DNA of 14,169 bases. Source: Leptolyngbyaceae cyanobacterium (GTDB lineage Bacteria > Cyanobacteriota > Cyanobacteriia > Phormidesmidales > Phormidesmidaceae). The translations under genes were made by a program, and so were the position numbers. The notes under the pieces were generated by a model, which worked only from the letters and a program-made list of their open reading frames with translations, was not told where the DNA came from and ran no database searches. How positions within the stretch are numbered: position 1 is the first letter of the stretch; each line of letters begins with the position of its first letter. The DNA lies in the NCBI GenBank assembly GCA_965263355.1, contig CBDHHL010000009.1:1-14169 (forward strand). Reading direction: 5' to 3'. Shown piece after piece: positions 1 through 6,277 of the stretch.

Positions 1-90
1 GTAGCTGTATAACAGCCCTAGTGCAAGCAGGACAATATCGTTACCCAACCAGGTAGCTAGGTGGTCCGTGAAAAAAGAGGCGTTATCCAT
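1..90 (-). CDS. 5' part of a probable small membrane protein (runs off the window)
   Basis: Read manually: ATG at 90, open to base 1: MDNASFFTDHLATWLGNDIVLLALGLLYSY; hydrophobic run IVLLALGLLY. Confidence 0.5.
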   Translation of the reverse strand, partial: MDNASFFTDHLATWLGNDIVLLALGLLYSY

Positions 91-163
91 GTCTTTTAAA
101 GCTGAAGGTTCACCTCAAGGATAACAATTTGTCCCGACGATAGTGTCAATAAGGCCGTACGCC

Positions 164-192
164 AAAAAAGAACCCCGTCGGTCGGGACGGGG
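164..192 (-). terminator. Intrinsic terminator
   Basis: Minus strand CCCCGTC-CCGACC-GACGGGG-TTCTTTTTT. Confidence 0.75.
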
Positions 193-235
193 AGAACACA
201 GGAGTATTTGTTTCGGAGATAACAAGGCCATTCTA

Positions 236-262
236 ACAAAAAAGCCAGCATTGGCGCTGGCT
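236..262 (-). terminator. Intrinsic terminator closing the ATPase operon
   Basis: Minus strand AGCCAGC-GCCAAT-GCTGGCT-TTTTTGTT, about 95 nt after the stop of 358..741. Confidence 0.75.
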
Positions 263-357
263 AAGTTAGTACTATATCTCTACTGCCACCAGAGGAAGAA
301 GTTGCCCAGTCGGTCAAAGACTCTGTGGGATGCTCCAAAATTAGTGACGAGACTATT

Positions 358-741
358 CTATCCTCCCAGTAACTCAACAGCCAACAAACCCAGTCCCATA
401 AGACAACCCCAAGACAGCATTACCCGAATCGCATCACCTCGCCATAGTTCCAACTTGCTAGGCACCCGCGTATCATTCCAAGTCCATGGCCGTTTGTTGA
501 GCCGGATTAGTCTACTTTCTGCCTCATGGATTGCATCTTTGTGCATAGTGCAGTACGCAATCCTACACCAGGGTAGCCGCTTCGCCTGGGGATATCGGTG
601 GTGGTCCTCCCATCGGCTTCGTAGGTTCACTGACTTGCCAACGTACCAAGTAATAAACAGCCAACGCACGGCGTAGAGCCCAGGCTTACTGGGGAGCCTG
701 TCACGCTTTGTCAGTGGTATTGATGGCCAAAATAAAATCAT
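358..741 (-). CDS. GIY-YIG nuclease domain protein with C-terminal transmembrane tail
   Basis: LPSKPGLY...WYVGKSVNLRSRWEDHHR...EAESRLI...WN carries the GIY-YIG Tyr, Arg, Glu and Asn positions; hydrophobic C-terminus VMLSWGCLMGLGLLAVELLGG. Confidence 0.8.
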   Translation of the reverse strand: MILFWPSIPLTKRDRLPSKPGLYAVRWLFITWYVGKSVNLRSRWEDHHRYPQAKRLPWCRIAYCTMHKDAIHEAESRLIRLNKRPWTWNDTRVPSKLELWRGDAIRVMLSWGCLMGLGLLAVELLGG

Positions 742-778
742 TTTTTGGATCGAACTGTTCCAACAGGCTTAAGGAGCA

Positions 779-2197
779 TCATGACACTGGCCTCCACTTA
801 TTGTTCACCCAAGCAATGCGCTCTGAAAGATAATCTTTATCGCCAGGATGTTGAACCCCTTTGTAATTGTCGTACACCTGCGTGAACACTTCGTCACTCC
901 AGATCACAGCATGGCCATCCACGTCGATACTGTATCCAGGCGCAATGCCAACCAACGTGGGTTCAAGTGACTTAACAGCTTTCCCATCATTAGACAACCG
1001 GCTAGCGACAATGTTAGGGGCGATGGTGTATATCGCCTGCTTTCGTTTAGTCCCGGCACTAGACAGTGTAGTGATTTTGTCGGCCAGCTTAGTGACCAAT
1101 GGCTTCATCTGTTCAGCGTATTGATTAGTTGTAGATGCTGTATAGATAAACTCATCCACAATCAATAAGCTGTGAGGGCTTTTCATAGCCTCGTCGATTA
1201 GCTCTAGTGAATCTTCAATGGCGTCTTCAGCCGTATATGCATCACAGACAGACAAGTCAGCAATTACCTTTTTGGCATGGCTCCATATATCCAATGAATC
1301 TGCCTCGGCATGACAAAGATTTATATAAAAAGTCTTTGTTTTAAGATCGGATGCCGCTAACTCCGCAGAGCAAACAGCAGCTAGCCATGTTTTTCCAGAT
1401 CGTTGAGCGCCATAAAAAGCTCTAGAAACGTACGGCCTAGCAATGATCAATTCTTGAGCTGAAGCGCGCCTGCTGGATGCTTTCGTTGCAGCGACTGGTT
1501 CTAGTGGTTCTAGCCATGGGTCTTCTTCAAATTGATCAGCATTAGGTGTGGATACAGGCTCTGCCTTGGCAGGAATTGTCCTGACTGACTTAGGCATCTT
1601 CTTTGGACGACGTTTGGGGATAGCGGGTGCTGCGTCGGGAATCGCTGAGGCAGCAATCTCTAACAAGTCCGTTCCAGCTGCCTCAGACATTAACTCTGGG
1701 TAATTCAGCCATCTCCCAGCTACGCCAATCAAGGTGTCAACCATGTTGATAGTGATGTGGTTGAACTCTTGAGGTCCTACCTGTTCAGCCAATGCTGTCA
1801 ACATATGGCCCTGATAATTTGTCAGGTAAAATCGAGCCTTATCTTCTTGGCTTAGATAATGGTGAGCTTGGACCCCTAGCTCTGGATATCCCGTTGAAAT
1901 GCCAGCATGACTATTAGCAGATCTCAAAGCATCCCAGTTATTCCAGGGCAACGGCATGAAACGCTTTGTCCTAGACGATTCGCACACCATGCAGGCGGCA
2001 TAAGTGACAGCGCCCACAGCCAAAGGAACAGCAGCCGCAGCAGACCCTAGCAACCCAGCCGCACCCACAGCTATGGTTGTTAATCCGCTTGCTTTTCCCA
2101 GTTGGGCTAACTGCCTCGTCTGGGATGCTTTATTCCTGAGGCTTCTGGCCTGAATGATGAACCTGTTTCGATACGACATAGCTAATTTTCTAGACAA
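779..2197 (-). CDS. Membrane-anchored P-loop ATPase, divergent FtsK/HerA/TraB/coupling-protein-like
   Basis: N-terminal hydrophobic hairpin (aa ~38-72), Pro/Lys-rich linker, Walker A GAQRSGKT, Walker B LLIVDE. Start is TTG 2197 (GAGG upstream) or ATG 2179. Confidence 0.75.
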   Translation of the reverse strand: MSRKLAMSYRNRFIIQARSLRNKASQTRQLAQLGKASGLTTIAVGAAGLLGSAAAAVPLAVGAVTYAACMVCESSRTKRFMPLPWNNWDALRSANSHAGISTGYPELGVQAHHYLSQEDKARFYLTNYQGHMLTALAEQVGPQEFNHITINMVDTLIGVAGRWLNYPELMSEAAGTDLLEIAASAIPDAAPAIPKRRPKKMPKSVRTIPAKAEPVSTPNADQFEEDPWLEPLEPVAATKASSRRASAQELIIARPYVSRAFYGAQRSGKTWLAAVCSAELAASDLKTKTFYINLCHAEADSLDIWSHAKKVIADLSVCDAYTAEDAIEDSLELIDEAMKSPHSLLIVDEFIYTASTTNQYAEQMKPLVTKLADKITTLSSAGTKRKQAIYTIAPNIVASRLSNDGKAVKSLEPTLVGIAPGYSIDVDGHAVIWSDEVFTQVYDNYKGVQHPGDKDYLSERIAWVNNKWRPVS

Positions 2198-3002
2198 TCA
2201 TTTGTTCCTCAACCTCGTCCCCGGTGAAGCGATCAAACAACTCAAACCCAAACACAGTTAGCAACGCATAAATCGTATTAACAATGAAGCTGCCCGCACC
2301 TGAGAAAGAGCCCAAAAAAGCACCGAATTCAACGATGTACAGCAAGCAGATGCCAGCATAACCAACGCCTACTTCACCCATCCCTTGCCGGTTATGCTCC
2401 TCTGCTCGGATAGCTGCTAGAGCAATCGCTCTAGGGTCAGCCTCAACCTTCTTCATGGAATTAGCTTTTTCGAACTGAGCTTTGGTGATCTCCGCTGATT
2501 TTTTTCTTATGAAAACAGCCTCAAACCGCTGGATCATAATGGCAGTACTAGCCGCAAGAACAAATAAAGCGGGGTTGCTCCAAACTGTCCAGAACTCAGA
2601 TTTTGCCCTTTCTCTTATAAAATCAGGCATCCACTCCCAGTCTTTTGTGACTTCGTTAACCAGCAGATTATGAAGATTAGCGATGGGCAGTAACCGCCTA
2701 ATATCGGCTCCATCATTCACTGCAAACTTAGGGACAAACCGTCGTGTCCGCCTAACGGCTTCAACGACTTCTTTGTATTCAGCCTTGGTCGTGAATTCAG
2801 AGCGCTGAGGGTGATTGACAGGCACAGCTACCATGACACTTTCAATAGACAAAAGAGCACAGTAGGTAGTCGCCACATGCGCTACCAGGCCAAACCCTGG
2901 CACGCTAGATAAATAGCGGTAGCTACGAGTGGCGGCTCTAAAAGGAGCTGCCCCAACGGCTACCCAAATGTTGTCATCTTTAATTGGTCTGGATGCTGTC
3001 AT
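2190..3002 (-). CDS. Multi-pass membrane protein
   Basis: Probable start ATG 3002 (MTASRPIK) rather than TTG 3074; hydrophobic segments FGLVAHVATTYCALLSI, ALFVLAASTAIMI, VGYAGICLLYIVEFGAFL, FIVNTIYALLTVFGF; overlaps both neighbours. Confidence 0.8.
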   Translation of the reverse strand: MTASRPIKDDNIWVAVGAAPFRAATRSYRYLSSVPGFGLVAHVATTYCALLSIESVMVAVPVNHPQRSEFTTKAEYKEVVEAVRRTRRFVPKFAVNDGADIRRLLPIANLHNLLVNEVTKDWEWMPDFIRERAKSEFWTVWSNPALFVLAASTAIMIQRFEAVFIRKKSAEITKAQFEKANSMKKVEADPRAIALAAIRAEEHNRQGMGEVGVGYAGICLLYIVEFGAFLGSFSGAGSFIVNTIYALLTVFGFELFDRFTGDEVEEQMIV

Positions 3003-3357
3003 TTTCGTTACTACAAACAGGATGGAACTGGAAGTACCCGTCAGGGTGAATATTGAGCGGGTGCAGCGTGCCAATGATTAGCCGATTTTGGTCAAAAACC
3101 TTGACGTAGTCATCTACCATTGACTGCCCTTGAATATCAAACCTCGGAGGAGTTAAGTCGCTGCACACATACCCATCAATGACCAAAGCATTGTACTGAG
3201 CTTGGTTGTTATCGGCATAGGTTTGAGAGATCGAACCTTGAGCATTAATACCTTTAATAGCTCGCTCTGTTTTTCGCTCTCGCTCAGCCAGCCAACGCTG
3301 GTGGCTCCTGTCGGCAGACCACTGAGACTGAAGACTGCCAAACCCAGCTAACGCCAT
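2980..3357 (-). CDS. Single-TM protein, probably expressed as a -1 frameshift extension of 3384..3761
   Basis: Frame is open from 3603 with no ATG/GTG/TTG until 3357; that ATG lies inside the hydrophobic segment IGGIVAWGGLLGLSCIAGGFMALAGFG. Confidence 0.65.
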   Translation of the reverse strand: MALAGFGSLQSQWSADRSHQRWLAERERKTERAIKGINAQGSISQTYADNNQAQYNALVIDGYVCSDLTPPRFDIQGQSMVDDYVKVFDQNRLIIGTLHPLNIHPDGYFQFHPVCSNENDSIQTN

Positions 3358-3383
3358 GAAGCCACCAGCGATACAGCTAAGCC

Positions 3384-3761
3384 CTAATAATCCACCCCAG
3401 GCAACAATGCCGCCGATGGGGAGAGGCTTTGGGGCAAGGTTGGCACCGTGATACTCGGAGCAGACGGCAGCATCGCCTTTACTTCCTCCATGTTCACGAT
3501 CTCCAGCTTTGGGCGCTGAATCGCTCCGCCTAAGTCCAATTTGCTTAGCAACTTTCGTTCCAAGTCGTGCGCGAAAAAATCTTGCACCTGAGGAGCTAGC
3601 GTCTCAGCAATTAAATCATTCTGTGCTGCTGCGTCCTGCAATGTGGTCGAAATATTTTGAAGCTGTGCATTAGCAACGCCTTGGGCGACTAATGCTGTGC
3701 TGGTCTCTGATTGCTGAGTCTCGTCAGCATACTGAGCATTGTCAAAAACTGAATTATCCAT
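3384..3761 (-). CDS. Hypothetical protein, Q/A-rich helical N-terminal half
   Basis: ATG 2 nt after the upstream stop; contains in-phase heptamers T_TTT_TTC (3579-3573) and C_CCA_AAG (3513-3507). Confidence 0.75.
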   Translation of the reverse strand: MDNSVFDNAQYADETQQSETSTALVAQGVANAQLQNISTTLQDAAAQNDLIAETLAPQVQDFFAHDLERKLLSKLDLGGAIQRPKLEIVNMEEVKAMLPSAPSITVPTLPQSLSPSAALLPGVDY

Positions 3762-3763
3762 AG

Positions 3764-3994
3764 CTAAGAACCTTGTTGTTTACATGCAGCAAGGGCTTCT
3801 CTTTTGGACAAGCCCTTGCGAGTGTACGAACCGAATAACGCGATCGCCTCAACCTCATCAACCGTGTAAAACCGCTTCCTAATATTCAAAAAAACACGCC
3901 AGTTGTAAAACGCTGTCCTTGAAATTTCAGCGCCCACCAATTCGGTGGCGAGTTCATGGGCTTGCGTCACATTCAAGAGAGTGTCAATGGACAT
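3764..3994 (-). CDS. Small Xis/MerR-like winged-HTH DNA-binding protein
   Basis: LNVTQAHEL...ISRTAFYNWR...RFYTVDEVEAI resembles the MerR/excisionase HTH plus RxY wing; first gene of the operon. Confidence 0.65.
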   Translation of the reverse strand: MSIDTLLNVTQAHELATELVGAEISRTAFYNWRVFLNIRKRFYTVDEVEAIALFGSYTRKGLSKREALAACKQQGS

Positions 3995-4038
3995 TTAGAG
4001 AAAGGTCAACGAGAGAACCAGTGTTTTAGCGATTTCGA

Positions 4039-4097
4039 TGAACACTGGGTGAACATCCGCTGAACATGTCCTGAACGTTTCGGACATGTCCTGAACA
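4039..4097. repeat. 11-bp-phased TGAAC(A/G) direct repeats
   Basis: TGAACA at 4039, 4050, 4061, TGAACG at 4072, degenerate CGGACA at 4081, TGAACA at 4092; ACATGTCCTGAAC occurs at 4064 and 4084. Confidence 0.85.
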
Positions 4098-4105
4098 TAG
4101 TCAAT

Positions 4106-4133
4106 ACTTTAGCACAAGTGCTCATAAGTGCAA
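4106..4133 (-). promoter_or_regulatory. Leftward sigma70-type promoter for the ATPase operon
   Basis: TTGCAC-16 nt-TAAAGT with TG extension; overlaps palindrome AGCACAAGTGCT (4111-4122). Confidence 0.55.
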
Positions 4134-4150
4134 CACTGTTAGTAGATTTA

Positions 4151-4178
4151 TTGCATAAGTGAAGCACTGAGCTAATAT
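4151..4178 (+). promoter_or_regulatory. Rightward promoter for the RHH gene
   Basis: TTGCAT-16 nt-TAATAT; contains CATAAGTG, which also occurs at 4123. Confidence 0.55.
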
Positions 4179-4203
4179 TGGCTAGACGTTATCAATTGAG
4201 TCA

Positions 4204-4461
4204 GTGCCCACCCAGAAGTCACGAATATCTTTCATTGCAGACGAAAAACTGAAGTCGGAGCTAGAGGCATGGGCCGACGAAGATTTTCGAAGCCTTTCTA
4301 ATTTGGCGGAAGCTATAGTCAGGGAAGCGGTTGCCAAAAGGCAATCGCAGTCTAAGCGAAAGGCTATGGCTGAAGCACTGAAAGTGATAAAGGAAAAAGC
4401 TGGCGATGACGTCGAGATAGTCCAGGCGATCGCAGCCATAGAGAAAGGGCTCACCGACTAA
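4204..4461 (+). CDS. Ribbon-helix-helix (CopG/Arc-like) transcriptional regulator
   Basis: RISFIADEKLKSELEAWADEDFRSLSNLAEAIVREAV is a beta-strand/helix/RS.SN/helix RHH pattern. Confidence 0.85.
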   Translation: MPTQKSRISFIADEKLKSELEAWADEDFRSLSNLAEAIVREAVAKRQSQSKRKAMAEALKVIKEKAGDDVEIVQAIAAIEKGLTD

Positions 4462-4464
4462 TCA

Positions 4465-4495
4465 ATAAAAAACGAGGACCCCGCAGAGTCCTCGT
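4465..4495 (-). terminator. Intrinsic terminator between convergent genes
   Basis: Minus strand ACGAGGACTC-TGCG-GGGTCCTCGT-TTTTTAT. Confidence 0.8.
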
Positions 4496-4520
4496 CACCG
4501 AAGCTTATTTGTTTACTTTA

Positions 4521-4733
4521 TCAAGCCCAACCTTTCTCCTGATCCCAAGCTTTCCTGGCAGCATCTTCGACCATTTGCCGGATATCGCACTGCAGCCGGA
4601 TTTCGGCCCAGCCAGTAGAGTCAGCGTCTTGGATGCGATTAGCTAACTTTAATAAAAACTGAACGGCTTTAACCGCAAGCCACAAAAGGCATAGGGTAAC
4701 CAGATGAACTAAAAACTGAATTGCATTAACCAT
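4521..4733 (-). CDS. Small membrane protein (70 aa)
   Basis: Start ATG 4733 with AGGAG upstream; N-terminal hydrophobic AIQFLVHLVTLCLLWLAV. Confidence 0.65.
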   Translation of the reverse strand: MVNAIQFLVHLVTLCLLWLAVKAVQFLLKLANRIQDADSTGWAEIRLQCDIRQMVEDAARKAWDQEKGWA

Positions 4734-4851
4734 TCTTCTTCTGCTCCTGCTGTGTGGGTACTTGCGCAAACTCTGCTATTCGTCGGATCTGCCATTCAGA
4801 CATGTTGGTCCGTGCGGCCACCTCAGCAGCCTGTTCTTTACTTAATGCCAT
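4726..4851 (-). CDS. 41-aa protein, possible minimal HTH (not in ORF track)
   Basis: MALSKEQAAEVAARTNMSEWQIRRIAEFAQVPTQQEQKKNG; AAGGA RBS; overlaps the next start. Confidence 0.55.
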   Translation of the reverse strand: MALSKEQAAEVAARTNMSEWQIRRIAEFAQVPTQQEQKKNG

Positions 4852-4922
4852 TGATTTGAATTCCTTAGTGTTTACAGGCCGATCACCGAAGTGCTGTGAT
4901 CGGCAATGGATGTGGGTTGTGA

Positions 4923-5090
4923 TTAGCCGTTGAACAGCGGACGATACTCAGGGTCAAAGTTCATTGCCAAGGAGAACGATTGAGGCACTCCCCTTCGACG
5001 AGCTTTGTCAAATGCGCTTACATGGCCCTTGGCCCAGATCAACCAGACAACATCGGAGTTGTCATGATCGATCAACTGTACGTATTTCAT
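4923..5090 (-). CDS. 55-aa hypothetical protein (not in ORF track)
   Basis: MKYVQLIDHDNSDVVWLIWAKGHVSAFDKARRRGVPQSFSLAMNFDPEYRPLFNG; AGGGG upstream; 10 nt after the previous stop. Confidence 0.6.
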   Translation of the reverse strand: MKYVQLIDHDNSDVVWLIWAKGHVSAFDKARRRGVPQSFSLAMNFDPEYRPLFNG

Positions 5091-5100
5091 GGCTAACCCC

Positions 5101-5586
5101 CTATGCTGCTACTGCTTGACGACGACGGACAGGCTTACGAGTCCAGCGGATGCATGGACGGCCTGTGTATTTATCTGGGAATAACTCCACCACAGAGCCT
5201 TTAACCAGGTTGCGGGCAAAGCTAGTGGGTGTCAGCACCTCATACACTTCATCGTCCACTTGCACAGTGACAGTGACCTCGTTGTGGCTGCCAGACACAC
5301 GCCATGATGTGCGACGGTGGACGTAAGCGGGCTTACTGTCGTTAGCGATGTGTGCGACGGTGGCAATAGCGACTTCTGGCTTAGGAGACAAATCGCGATT
5401 AGCTTCTGCCTTGCAGTGGTCCAAGCTGCCAACCGCTACGACTGCTTGGCCATAAGGGTTGTACTCCCAGCGCATGGCCGTAATGTTGAATGCGATAGTG
5501 CCGACATTCTCAGTGCCACGATAAATGACGTATTGGGAATCTGATGTTTGACGGAATTGAAGTTCAGTTTTTGCTAGAGTTTTCAT
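5101..5586 (-). CDS. Hypothetical phage protein, beta-rich
   Basis: 161-aa ORF co-oriented within the leftward operon; no family recognised. Confidence 0.7.
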   Translation of the reverse strand: MKTLAKTELQFRQTSDSQYVIYRGTENVGTIAFNITAMRWEYNPYGQAVVAVGSLDHCKAEANRDLSPKPEVAIATVAHIANDSKPAYVHRRTSWRVSGSHNEVTVTVQVDDEVYEVLTPTSFARNLVKGSVVELFPDKYTGRPCIRWTRKPVRRRQAVAA

Positions 5587-5615
5587 TAGTTCGAATTGCT
5601 ATTGGTTTGAGCTGC

Positions 5616-5649
5616 AAGCCCTGGTGTAGTTGGTAGCTCCCCAGGGCTT
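5616..5649. repeat. Intergenic stem-loop with AGYTNNNARCT loop core (copy 1)
   Basis: AAGCCCTGG/CCAGGGCTT 9-bp stem, loop TGTAGTTGGTAGCTCC; flanked by direct repeat TTGCTATTGG (5596, 5649). Confidence 0.7.
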
Positions 5650-5659
5650 TGCTATTGGA

Positions 5660-5869
5660 TTAGTGTTGCTGATTGAATGCGTAGGACTGAATCTGCATCA
5701 TTCGGTCGGTTAGCAGCTGTTGATACTGCTCAGACACGCCGCTGTCCAGAGTCACCTGCAAGCGAGCGTTGGACAGTAGGTGAAGGCGCTTGGTGGTGAC
5801 CGGCCTGCCTTGCTGGTAATCGAAAATTGTGTTGTCTAGAGATTTGCAGAACTGAGGAAGGTTGGTCAT
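5660..5869 (-). CDS. 69-aa hypothetical protein, first gene of the leftward early operon
   Basis: Start ATG 5869 (MTNLPQF) with GGAG RBS; the longer track ORF crosses the promoter region. Confidence 0.65.
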   Translation of the reverse strand: MTNLPQFCKSLDNTIFDYQQGRPVTTKRLHLLSNARLQVTLDSGVSEQYQQLLTDRMMQIQSYAFNQQH

Positions 5870-5904
5870 TGGGTAGCTCCGGTGGTGTTTGCTTGCTTGA
5901 CTTA

Positions 5905-5934
5905 ATAGTAAACCACTGGTTTGTGGTTTGTCAA
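5905..5934 (-). promoter_or_regulatory. Strong leftward sigma70 promoter
   Basis: TTGACA (5934-5929)-18 nt-TACTAT (5910-5905). Confidence 0.8.
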
Positions 5935-5987
5935 CCACAAGTTTGTAATTGACGAAATAGGCAAAATTGTTTACTATTGGTTTGTAG
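5911..5987. promoter_or_regulatory. Three operator-like repeats overlapping the divergent promoters
   Basis: AACCACTGGTTTGTGG (5911), AACCACAAGTTTGTAA (5933), TACTATTGGTTTGTAG (5972); inverted repeat TTGTGGTT-TGTC-AACCACAA at 5921-5940. Confidence 0.65.
5949..5977 (+). promoter_or_regulatory. Strong rightward sigma70 promoter
   Basis: TTGACG-17 nt-TACTAT. Confidence 0.8.
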
Positions 5988-6010
5988 TTAGCGATTATTG
6001 GACTGTAGTC

Positions 6011-6277
6011 ATGCTCATGGTCATGAAAGTCCGTCGCACTCAAGAATGGGATATCCCCGATTTGCATACAAAGCTGCAAAAAGCCGCTGGGGAGTCAAGT
6101 AAGTCGATAACTCAAATATGTAAAGAGGCCGAGTTATCGACAGCATTCTGGTACGAGTTGGCGAAGGGTAGAAAAAATTCGATTAGTTTTGAGAGTTTAG
6201 AAAGGTTGTGCACAGCCTTAGGTTTAACCATTAAGGAGCTTGGCGTTTCTGATGATGAGGGTGCTAAAGATGATTAA
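6011..6277 (+). CDS. Cro/Xre-family HTH regulator
   Basis: KSITQICKEAELSTAFWYELAKGRKNSISFESLERLCTALG is an Xre HTH pattern; start is one of ATG 6011/6017/6023, downstream of the promoter. Confidence 0.85.
   Translation: MLMVMKVRRTQEWDIPDLHTKLQKAAGESSKSITQICKEAELSTAFWYELAKGRKNSISFESLERLCTALGLTIKELGVSDDEGAKDD

Noticed and set aside
118..149. Minus-strand promoter TTGACA...TATCCT
   Set aside because: Spacer is 20 nt; only the extended -10 is plausible, too weak to call
143..676. 177-aa plus-strand ORF and other antisense ORFs (867, 2482, 4182, 5317, 6318, 6931, 7310, 8238, 8788, 9233, 11540, 12594, 13435, 13707)
   Set aside because: Shadows of better-supported genes, or they cross terminators or the tRNA-like RNA; no motifs
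779..2197. Inovirus Zot/pI morphogenesis ATPase
   Set aside because: Zot has an N-terminal ATPase and a later TM; here the TM segments come first and no coat-protein cluster or rolling-circle Rep is seen
2980..3761. Tail assembly chaperone G/GT frameshift
   Set aside because: No major tail or tape-measure gene flanks it, and the extension is a membrane segment
4039..4097. CRISPR array (also considered for 10497-10600)
   Set aside because: Units too short, no regular unique spacers, no cas genes
5610..5655. tRNA fragment (AGTTGGTAG resembles a D loop)
   Set aside because: No T arm or cloverleaf; it is a single hairpin
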